Shown here: one piece after another, positions 30,583 through 40,300 of the stretch | How positions within the stretch are numbered: position 1 is the stretch's first letter | Layout: each line of letters opens with the position of its first letter | Assembly: GCA_963842525.1 (NCBI GenBank) | Contig: CAWJGT010000008.1 | Coordinates: 32,001 to 96,000 of the forward strand | Reading direction: 5' to 3' | Source of the DNA: an uncultured Holophagales bacterium | Lineage (GTDB): Bacteria > Acidobacteriota > Thermoanaerobaculia > Multivoradales > UBA5704 | Length of the DNA: 64,000 nucleotides | The notes under the pieces: model-generated | Seen by the model: only the letters and a program-made list of their open reading frames with translations | What the model was told of the DNA's origin: nothing | The model's database searches: none | Position numbers and translations under genes: made by a program

Positions 30583-31446
30583 ATGATCGAACGCATCCGC
30601 ACGTATTCGGCCATTGACACACCCCAGGACATGGCAGCGGCCGCCAAGGTCCTCGAACAGCGCTTTGACATTGAATTTACAGTTCTCTTGCACTTCAAGC
30701 AAGGCTTGCTTCATAGCCTCCAGAGTGCGAACGGCTCTCCGGAAGACCTTCCTGAGGGGGCCTTTGTAGCCTCCCGTTCGGATCCGGGTGTGCTCGAGCT
30801 GTTTGGCGAGTTGACCTGGATCGCCAACTCGGGCACCCTGACGGTGGAGAAACGGCGGCGCTACCTCGCGGCCCTCCAAGCGATCTATCGGCGGCTTCCC
30901 GGCTCACCGCTGGACTGGATGAGCGATCCCGGTGCCCTTTTCGTCGCTCCTGAGCGCGAGGGCCGAATCCTAGCCGAGACCCTGGGCTGGCTTCCTTCCG
31001 GCCGGTCGCTCCGGCCACATGTCAAGAGGATCCACTATGGCGATGACCTGGTCGTAGGACTGGGCGACTTCGTGCCCAGCCGGCGAGCTTCCAGGTGCAT
31101 CCTGATTGACGGGGCAATCGCCAGCGGCGCCACCCTGATCTCCCTGATCGAACGGCTTCGGGCTTTCACCGAGTATTTCTCGATCTATTCAGTGCACGCG
31201 ACATGCGAGGGACTGCGTTGCATCCTGGCCTACGGCCGGGAGGCAGGCGTTAAGATCTCCATCACCGTCGGCCATGCGACGCCGGGTATCAATCGGCATT
31301 TCTACGCAGTCGGCTCCGATGGACGTGTCATGGTGGGCGACCTGGGTGATACAATTGCACCGCTCCTAGACGCGATGTTTGAGCCAGCCCATTCGGACCG
31401 GAAGGATGACACGGGCCTTGATCTGCAAGTTCCGTTCCTGAGCTGA
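30583..31446 (+). CDS. Phosphoribosyltransferase-fold protein (UPRTase-like)
   Basis: VAPEREG, PRPP loop ILIDGAIASGATL and C-terminal VGDLGD (compare UPRTase GDAGD); GGAGG RBS. Confidence 0.72.
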   Translation: MIERIRTYSAIDTPQDMAAAAKVLEQRFDIEFTVLLHFKQGLLHSLQSANGSPEDLPEGAFVASRSDPGVLELFGELTWIANSGTLTVEKRRRYLAALQAIYRRLPGSPLDWMSDPGALFVAPEREGRILAETLGWLPSGRSLRPHVKRIHYGDDLVVGLGDFVPSRRASRCILIDGAIASGATLISLIERLRAFTEYFSIYSVHATCEGLRCILAYGREAGVKISITVGHATPGINRHFYAVGSDGRVMVGDLGDTIAPLLDAMFEPAHSDRKDDTGLDLQVPFLS

Positions 31447-31467
31447 CCTACCTGCGCGCGTTAGGTG

Positions 31468-32085
31468 AACTCATGGGGCGCCCTCGGGCTCGAAAGGGCA
31501 TCCCTTCGCTGCCACGTCCCGGGGCCGAATTTCCACTTCGTGCCGGAGCACGGCGGCGAGCATGGCGAAGAGACCTCCCTTTCCCCCGGTACGGGGAGAG
31601 GGCCGGGGAGAGGGGGCACGGGGTCAACCCAGCCAAAGACCCCCAGCTCGAGCGGCACGCCTCGCTCTTTTTCTCACTCTACTTCGTCATGACGGGCCTG
31701 CACGCCACCCACATGATCATTGGCATGATCATCCTCGGAGTGCTGGCCTGGTACGCCTGGAAGGGGAAATACGACAGCACGTATTACAACCCGCTGGAGA
31801 TGACCGGCCTCTACTGGCATTTCGTCGCCGCCCTGATGGTCCTCACCGTCATCACCTGGGCCGTTCGCCCAGGTCGACCTCGGCTGGGCCAACGACGTCG
31901 TCGCCCTGACGATCGCCGTCACCAAGGCGCTCCTCGTCATCCTCTTCTTCATGCACGTCCGCCACAGCACGCGCCTGACGAAGCTGACCGCTCTGACCGG
32001 GTTCTTCTTCCTGGCGATCCTGATCTTCATGACCCTGAACGACTACGCCACCCGCGAAGTCCTGCTGTCGGTGCCGGGCAAATAG
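31468..32085 (+). pseudogene. Decayed partial duplicate of coxA 3' end, coxC and coxD
   Basis: Matches about 26148-26194, then 26712-27026, then 27156-27413, with substitutions, two internal deletions and frameshifts. Confidence 0.9.
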
Positions 32086-32351
32086 GGGCCGGGTCCGCCG
32101 GGGCATAGCGGCCCCGTCCTGTCCTTTCTCTGTTGTCAAAGAGCCTCACCCTCCCACGATCCGCGGATCGCGCTCCACCCTCGGTCAATCGGCATCATCC
32201 GCCTCCTTCGGTATGCAGTAGCCTGCCACACTCAAACGGCGGAGTCAACAAGGGACTTGACAACCATCGCACCTCGTGCAACCTATGCGCACGTCAGGTG
32301 CCGCTTCCGGTGCCGGATGTCCGAGCCCTCGGGCTCAAGAAGGAGAAGGAA

Positions 32352-32723
32352 ATGGCTGAAGCAACCTATGCAGGGAAACTGGGCGCACTGGCGCGGTTCA
32401 TCGCCGCGCTGATCGCCAACGCGTCCGAGCTCGTCCACCTGGACGGCATTCGTGTCCGGATCGAAGCGATCCTGGCCGAGGCCCAGGGCGTCGCGCGGGA
32501 GCAGGCCGCACTCACCGCCAGCAAGCAGGAGGCGAGCCAGCGCATCCGGGCGCTGCTCACCGAAGGCGACCGGCTGATGACCGCGGCAAGCAAGGTCCTC
32601 CAGGAGCACTACGGCCTGCGGTCCGAAAAGCTCGCGGAGTTCCACCTGCAGCCCTTCCGCGGCCGCAAGCGCCTCGGCAAGGCCGGACAGCCGGAGCCTC
32701 CACCCGCCCCCGCCGCCCAGTAA
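32352..32723 (+). CDS. Hypothetical helical/coiled-coil protein (123 aa)
   Basis: AAGGAG-type RBS, GC-rich codon usage and a downstream terminator hairpin. Confidence 0.75.
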   Translation: MAEATYAGKLGALARFIAALIANASELVHLDGIRVRIEAILAEAQGVAREQAALTASKQEASQRIRALLTEGDRLMTAASKVLQEHYGLRSEKLAEFHLQPFRGRKRLGKAGQPEPPPAPAAQ

Positions 32724-32732
32724 CGCCACCCC

Positions 32733-32764
32733 GGGGAGCGTGCCCACACGCTCCCCCGTTGTTT
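32733..32764 (+). terminator. Terminator-like hairpin
   Basis: ggggagcgtg-ccca-cacgctcccc followed by cgttgttt. Confidence 0.55.
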
Positions 32765-32803
32765 CCGCTCCCCACCGCCAAGGCTCCGACCGACATCCAC
32801 GCC

Positions 32804-33125
32804 AGATCAGCGTATCCACCGTAGATATAGAGTATCCGAGCCAGATAAGGATATCCGGCGCGGATAACACTATCCACCGTAGATAAGCGTATCCGCCACG
32901 GATAAGCGTATCCGCCGCAGATAAGCATATCTCTGCCGTAGATAGCCTTATCCGGCGCAGATAAGGATATCCGGCGCGGATAACACTATCCAGCGTAGAT
33001 AACGTTATCCACCGCGGATAAGCTTATCTGGCGTAGATAACACTATCTGGCGCGGATAAGCTTATCCACGCCAGTGTAAGCTTATCTGGCGTGGATAACG
33101 GTATCTGGCGCAGATACGCTTACGC
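32804..33125. repeat. Tandem array of about 17 units of 19 bp: RGATAA-NNN-TATCY palindrome plus a 5-bp linker
   Basis: Example units: agataaggatatcc-ggcgc, ggataacactatcc-accgt, agataagcgtatcc-gccac. Confidence 0.9.
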
Positions 33126-33545
33126 TGGCCGTCCAAGCCTGTCCGGCGCGGAGAATCCGTCCGCCACAGAGGACGGTATTCGCACTGTCACAAGCCATCC
33201 AGCGCAGATCATGAGATCGTCCGTGCCGTTCGTAAGATACTCTCGGCATGCCAAGAGGATCTCGAGCTGTCTAGCAATCGATTCCGCTCGGCGATGGATC
33301 CGCGCGGTAGTCTGGTCAGACGCGCACCCCGGTTGCCGCAAAAAAGAGCCCTCAGAGAGGCTCAGGCACGTGGCCCGGGGGCAGGCGTGACGCGCGAGAA
33401 CAATGCGAAGGCATGCTGTTCCTCTCATCGATATAGCCTCCGATCTGACGCCGACGTGGATGCCGATGAGCGACGGCTTTGCCGTCCACTCGATCGGCCG
33501 GGTTGGCCGCTGCTTCGCCCAAGTGTCATAGTTTATCTACTTGCA

Positions 33546-34040
33546 TCACCGCCCGAACTCCGCTCTCAAGCCGGCATCCGCCGTGTCCAGCGCTTCGGCC
33601 AGAGCATCGAGCGCGGCGATGACACTCTCCAGATTGAACCAAACGTCAGTCGCAATGGATCGCTGACCACGCTTATCAACGGGATAGCGGAAGGCGAATG
33701 AATCCGGATCTATATTCTCGAGGTAAGCTAAAAGTCGTTGCACATCCGCCATCGTCTTGACTAAGGGATTCAGCGGCCACTCCCACCCCACAAGCTTGAA
33801 CACATCTTCGACACGCGGAAGCAACGGCAACAATTTATGATTTCCTAGGCTCTTGAAAAGTTTCTCGTCGTCGGCAGGGCTTGCTGTGCGCGATCTGTTG
33901 CCAACAACGACAATCGACTTGAGATAGAGCTCGCTTGCGTGGCGATACATGAACAGTACCGGCGCTGTAGCTAACTTTGAGACCCCACCTCGGGGCGGAG
34001 GGGGGGCAGGGGTCGCAGATTCGGCCCGCGCAAAGCCCAC
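33546..34040 (-). pseudogene. HEPN-like protein, probably 5'-truncated
   Basis: PVLFMYRHASELYLK...HKLLPLL...IDPDSFAFRYP pattern; lower GC; no convincing start. Confidence 0.55.
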
Positions 34041-34198
34041 GCGGCTTCGCCGGAGCCATACGCAAAGCTGCGCACAAGTCTGAGCGGTTCAACCAAGGCC
34101 CGCAGGGCCAGCCAGGAAGGCCTCGAGAACACCTCAACTAGGCCGGGGAGAAGAAGAAAATCGGAACCGTAGCCCGGGTGACTACACCCTGACCGAGC

Positions 34199-35143
34199 TC
34201 AGCCTCGGAAGACGTCCTGGAGACTCTCGGCAGTCAAGACGCGCTCACCCCATTCCAGGAGACGATCCGTATCTGCAGAAGCCACCCGCTCCTCGATTTC
34301 AGGCTCCAGAGGGCCGAACTTCAAGCGGAGGAGACGAAGCAGCAGCCGGGCTTCCCCCTCTTGGCGGCCTTCTTCTCGGATCTCACGGTTCCAACGGTCG
34401 ATGCTTTCAGCCAGCATGGTTTCGAGCTCCTCAAGAGACAGAGTGGCAGAAAACTTCTCCAAGGACAATCCAAGGCGCGGCAGGATGACTGTCACCAGCC
34501 AGACCTCGAAGGCCCGCCGCAAGGAAGCCTCGCTCGGCGGAATGCTGCGCCGCAGCCGGTGAACGCTCGATTGGACCTCCACCCAGTCGCGGCTCTTCTC
34601 GATCCGAAACAGGTCGGCCACTGGACTCTTCAGTGCCGCCAGTGCCTCCCGCGGATAGGCTCCCTCGTCCACCAGCAGATACCGCAACTGCGGCCGGTAG
34701 ATCTCCGCGGACGGGTCCAGCTTCCCGATCAAAGAACCGAGGTCCGTCGACACGTTCCACGGCCCCTGCCCAGTGTAAATGAGGACGGGGATGACCAGTG
34801 GCAGCGTTTTCCAGGCCTTGGCTGGCTGGCCAGCCAGCAGGGTCTGGTAGAAGAGGTACTCGTATCCCATGAAGCGGACCGGCATGGAGGGGTCCGGCCG
34901 CGACTGGAACTCCAGGAGGATGTAGACGTAAACCGGATCCTCTCCATCCTTGCGCCGGAACTTCCAGATGACATCGCTCTCGCGCCTCTCCTGCTCGTCG
35001 GCGACGAAGGAGGCATTGACCCGCTCGCCGGAGTCGAAGTCGATGAGCTCCACCCAGCGCTCGCCGACGATCTCACGCAGGAGATCCTCGATCATGCGCC
35101 GGTGGTTGAAGAAGCGTCGGTAGCTGAGGTCGTGCTGTCCCAC
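34199..35143 (-). CDS. Rpn/YhgA-like recombination-promoting nuclease (PD-(D/E)XK) with DUF4351-like tail
   Basis: HDLSYRRFF, RESDVIW, YILLEFQSRPD, VLIYTG and GRQEGEARLLLRLLRLKFG motifs. Confidence 0.9.
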   Translation of the reverse strand: MGQHDLSYRRFFNHRRMIEDLLREIVGERWVELIDFDSGERVNASFVADEQERRESDVIWKFRRKDGEDPVYVYILLEFQSRPDPSMPVRFMGYEYLFYQTLLAGQPAKAWKTLPLVIPVLIYTGQGPWNVSTDLGSLIGKLDPSAEIYRPQLRYLLVDEGAYPREALAALKSPVADLFRIEKSRDWVEVQSSVHRLRRSIPPSEASLRRAFEVWLVTVILPRLGLSLEKFSATLSLEELETMLAESIDRWNREIREEGRQEGEARLLLRLLRLKFGPLEPEIEERVASADTDRLLEWGERVLTAESLQDVFRG

Positions 35144-35662
35144 GATTTTTCCCGCCAGGACTCTACCACGGATCTTGGCTGGGGATAACGCACTTGCGTT
35201 ACAACTCCCCACCTATCGAAGACGCGAGCCACCAGCTCGACGCGGTCGCCGCGGAGATGATGGCAGCGTCTGTCCCCGTGCGCCAAGCAGCCGCCGTGGG
35301 ACGACAACCCACCCGCCACCTATCCCCATCGCGCAGCTCCCGCGAAGGCGCTCCCCATCTAGAATGTTGACGAAAAGGCATCGTCACCGGCACGCCAAGC
35401 AGCTGGGCGGGGATGGCAGCGCCCAACCACCCGCGCGAGGTCCACCCGGCCGCGGAGAAGGCAACGTCCCGCCCCCGCGTCCCGGAGCCGATCGCGAAGG
35501 CGTGCCCCCACCAGCCGCTGACGCACTCCGCTACCACAACCACACCGATGCCGAGCTCGAACGCCGCCGCCGGGAGCTCTACGGCCTCGCCGACATCACT
35601 GTGACGTGCTTTCTGAAAGAAAGGAACAGGGCCACGGCCCACCCAGCCAAGGAGCCTTCGGG

Positions 35663-37262
35663 ATGACCTCACTCCGGGCAATCATCTACTGCCGCGTCAG
35701 CAGCAAAGAGCAGACCCTCAACCTCTCCCTCCCAGTCCAAGAAGACCAGTGCCGAGCCTTCTGCAAGCAGAATGGCTGGGAGGTCGATCGTGTCTTCATG
35801 GAACGCGGCGAGTCCGCCAAGACCGCCAACCGCACCGAGCTGCAGGCGGCCCTGACCTACCTGCGCGAGCAGAACAAGCGCACCGTCCGGGTCCATGTCT
35901 TCGTCGTCACCAACGTCGACCGGTTCGCCCGCGACGCCTTCGATCACGCGATCATCCGCCGCCACCTGGCCGGCCTCGGCGTCACCCTTCGAGACGTCAG
36001 CAAGCCCATCGACGAGACTCCGGCCGGCAAGTTCATGGAGGGCATCTTCGCGGCCCTCTCCCAGTTCGACAACGACGTCCGGGGCGGACGGACCAAGGCA
36101 GGCATGCAGGAGGCCCTACGCCGCGGCCAATGGGTCTGGAAGCCACCTCTGGGCTACCGCCGGACAGCAAGACCCTGCAGCTCGACCCCGAGCGCGCGCC
36201 GCTCGTCCGGCTCGGCTTCGAGCGCTTCGCCACCGGCCTATACACCAAGGCGCAGGTTCTCGAAGAGCTCAACCGGCAAGGCCTCCGCACCCGGCAAGGC
36301 CGCGAGCTGTCTCCCCAGAAGTGGGGCGAGATGCTCACCAACCGCGTCTACATCAGCCGGATTCTCCAGCGGACCTGGAACATCGAGACCATCGGCAACT
36401 GGCCTCCCCTGCTCGACGAAGACACCTTCTGGCGCTGCCAGAGCCTCCTCGCCACGAACGGCGAGATCGTGCCGAAGGAGCGCAACAACCCGGACTTCCC
36501 GCTCCGGAGCTTCACCACCTGCGGCCACTGCGGGCACCCCCTCACTGGCTCCTGGTCTCACGGCAAGCGCAAACGCTATGCCTACTACCACTGCCCGCCG
36601 AAGGCCCGCTGCCGCAAGACGAACATGCCCCGGCGCGAGCTCGAAGCCAAGTTCCTGAGCCTCCTCGAGCGCCTGCGGCCGCGCCCCGAGTTCCTGGCCC
36701 TCTTCCGGGCCCTCGTCCTGGACGTCTGGAAGGCTCGGAAGGAAGACGTCGCCGCCCAGCGGACCGCCGCCGAGCGGAAGATCGCGGACCTGAAGCGGCG
36801 CAAAGACAACTCGTCGAGGCCTTCATCTACCAGAAAGTCATCGACGAGGGCACCTACAAGGACCAGCTCGACAAGCTCAACGAAGCCATGACCCTGGCCG
36901 AGATCGACCAGCACGACCAGAGGGCGGACGAGCTCGACATCGAAGCCGTCCTGGGCTTCGCCGAGAGGGTCTCCCTGAATGCCCCGAGGCTCTGGCTGGA
37001 AGCCAACCTCGATCAGCGTCAGAGGTTCCAGGCGTTTCTGTTTCCGGAAGGATTGGAGGTCGTGGAAGGGGAGATTCGAACACCCGTAACTGCCTCATTC
37101 TACGAGGAGTTACAGCACTTCACTACCCCTGAGGAACGTTTGGTAGCCCACGGCGACACGAGTTCGAACACTACCACACGGCTACGGCCCTCGGCCTTTG
37201 CGCGCTTGGAGAAATTCCTCCGGCGGGTGGACTCTTTCAGACGCCAGCAGGTTGCGGCCTGA
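35663..37262 (+). CDS. Large serine recombinase (about 533 aa) with two -1 frameshifts (near 36160 and 36810)
   Basis: AIIYCRVSS, GESAK...R, DRFAR, PPLGY, Zn ribbon CGHCG...YYHC and a coiled coil, spread over three frames. Confidence 0.85.
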
Positions 37263-37393
37263 GGGAAGGGCGGCAAGGGACCTTCCCGTCCCGGGGCCTC
37301 GCCTTCCGGCCTTCCGGGCTCCCCCTTGCCCTGGCCCGACATCTGAGCATATTCTTTTTACCACTTCATCAGTCGGGCAAGGGGGGCTCTCCG

Positions 37394-40300
37394 ATGACTC
37401 GGACGAGGTCGCGGCGATTCTGTGGGCTTTTGCAGGCCTTCCGGCGGTGGGCGCCCTGGACGGTCCACCTCGCGCTGGCCGCCGTCCTCAACAGCGCCTT
37501 CGACGGGCCGGCCTTGGCGGACGAGATCGGCCGGTGGCGAGCGCTCGACGCCTCACTGGTCGAGGCGGACCGAGTCCCAGGCCCCCCTTCGTTGGACGAG
37601 CTCGTGGCCCTCCTGGCCCCGCTGATGGAGAGCGACGCGTCCTTCCTCCTCCCCCAAGAGAAGCCCGCCCCCGAACCTGCTGCATCTCAGCGGGTGTCCG
37701 GAGCATCGCGCCTGAAAGCTCCTCGCCCTCGCCCACGAACAGAGGCGGTAGAGCCGTCCCAGATTGCGATGAAGCTCTCCCCTCTCCCGGAAACGGAAGA
37801 GAGGATTGAGGAAAGCAGCACGGCGGTGCTCGAGGCCGCAGCCAGCGCCGCACCGCCCATTCCGCCCCCGCCCTCGCTTCCAGGTCTCCCGCAAGAGGAG
37901 AGCGGCCAGCCGGTCTCCTCGGCCAGCCCTGCGGCAGCCGTATCGGCCGCGGGGGACGCAATCCCCCTGATCCTGGGCTGGAACCTGGTCTCCCTGCCCA
38001 AGCAGCCGGACAGCGTCGATCCGGCCTCCGTCCTCGTCTCCATCTCGGGGAGCTATCAGGTCGTCCACGCCTACGACGCCTGCTCGTCCGACCCATGGCG
38101 CACCTACGACTCTGCCAATCCAGCCGAAAGCTCGTTGACAGCAATAGATCACCGGATGGGCCTCTGGGTGCGGGCCACTGCCGCGGCCACTCTCGCGGTT
38201 TCCGGGACCGAGCCGGTCGAGACCTCGATCCAACTCTGCCAGGGCTGGAACCTGATCGGTTATCCGCTCTCCCAAGCCAGGCCGGTGCTCGCCGCCCTCT
38301 CCTCGATCGCCGGCAAGTTCCAGCGCGTCTACGGCTGGGACCCTGCCGACCCTGCTGATCCCTGGGAGGTCTTCGACGTGGCCGTGCCCGCCTGGGCCAA
38401 TGACCTGGAGCAGATGCTCCCCGGGCGAGGCTATTGGGTCTACGCCACCGTGGACACGACGCTGGTGATGTCCAATGCTGGCCTGCCGCCGGAGGTGGAG
38501 ATCAGCAGCCCAGCCAATGCGGCGGCCGTCACAGCTCCGACCGACATCGTCGGAACCGTGCGCAGCAACCTTCTGGAGAGCTGGACGCTCGCTTGGCGGC
38601 TCAAGGGAGAGACAGGCAGCTTCACGACCTTCGCCACCGGCAACACGCCCGTCAGCAACGGTGTGCTGGGAAAGCTCGATCCAAGGCTTCTCCTCAACGG
38701 TCTTTATGAAATCGAGCTGACGGCGACGGATTTTCAGGGGCAGTCGGTTTCGATCTCCATCGACGTGGTCGTGGAGGGAGAGCTCAAGATCGGCAACTTC
38801 ACCCTCTCCTTCACCGACTTGGAAGTGCCGCTCGCCGGTCTGCCGATCCAGGTCATACGCACCTACGACAGCCGCGACAAGCGCGTTGGCGATTTCGGAG
38901 TGGGGTGGACACTCAGCCTCTCCAACGTCCGCCTGCAGGAGGACGGTCCGGTGGGAGAGGGCTGGCAGGGCACCCGGAGCCCGGGGGCATTCCCGACCTA
39001 CTGCGTGGTCCCGACACGCGGGCGCCGGGTGACCGTGACGCTGCCGGACGACACCGTCCTGCGCTTCGAGCCGCGGGTGAGCCCGCAATGTCAGCCGCTC
39101 GTGCCTCCCCAGGTGGTCACACTCACCTACGCGCCGCTGCCCGGGACCCTCGCCACCCTCGAGATGCTGGATCAGAGCCTGCCCGTCCTGGTGGTCGGCA
39201 GCTTTCCAGGGCCGGTGGAGCTGTGGGACCAGGAGACGGTCGAGCTCCAGGACCCCGGGCGGTACCGATTGACTCTCAAGGATGGACGCCAGCTCGTCAT
39301 CGATCAGCAGCAGGGCGGCCTGACCAGCATCAAGGATCGGAACGGCAACGAGCTGACCGTCGGCAGGAACGGGATCACCCATTCGAGCGGGAAAGGGATC
39401 ACCTTCCAGCGCGACGGGCATGGCCGGATCACGCAGATCACCGATCCCGCAGACAAGAGCCTCACCTATTCCTATGACGCCGCCGGCGACCTGGTCACCG
39501 TGATCGATCGCGAGGCGGCGACCAGCCGCTTCACCTACAGCTCGAATCACTTTCTGCTGTCGACGCAGAACCCGCTTGGCCGGCAGCCGATCCGCAACGA
39601 GTATGACGCCGCCGGCCGGCTGATCCGCACGACTGACGCCTTCGGCAAGACGATCGAGCTGACGCACGACGTGGCCGCCAACCGGGAGGTCGTCACCGAC
39701 CGGCTGGGCCATTCGCGGGTGCTCGAGTACGACGCACGGGGGAACGTCGTCCGCGAGACCGACGCGTTCGGCAAGGTGACGGCGCGGACCTTCGGCTCCG
39801 AGGACCGGCTGCTGTTGCAGACCGACCCGCTCGGGCACACGACGAGCTATGCGTACGACGCCAACGGCAACCAGACGGAGATCCGCGATCCTCTCGGGAA
39901 CGTCACGCGCTACACGTATGACGCCAGCGGCAATGTGTTGACGGCCACCGATCCGCGCGGCAAGGCGACGACGAGCACCTATGACGCGGCGGGAAACCTC
40001 CTGTCGACCCGCGATCCGCTCGGCAACATCACCACCTACACCTACGACGAGAAGGGCAACCTCCTTACCGAGACCGACGCTGCCGGGGGTGTGACCACAT
40101 ATGTCTACGACGTGGAAGGCAACGTCGTCCGCGAGACCGACGCGCTGGGGACGGTGACCACCGCGACCTACGACCGCAACGGCAACCGGCTCACCCAGAG
40201 CCTGACGCGGACGACGCCTTCAGGGCCGGAGACGCTGCCCTGGACCTACACCTACGAAACCGAGGGCCGGCTGCGGGCCACGACCAACCCCGACGGCTCG

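Noticed and set aside
32804-33125. CRISPR array or oriC
   Set aside because: The 19-bp period with only 3-5 variable nt is too short for spacers, and no cas genes are present. There are no perfect DnaA boxes, no AT-rich unwinding element and no dnaA nearby.
37141-37170. tRNA gene
   Set aside because: Only a partial T-loop/CCA-like antisense match is present; no cloverleaf can be built.
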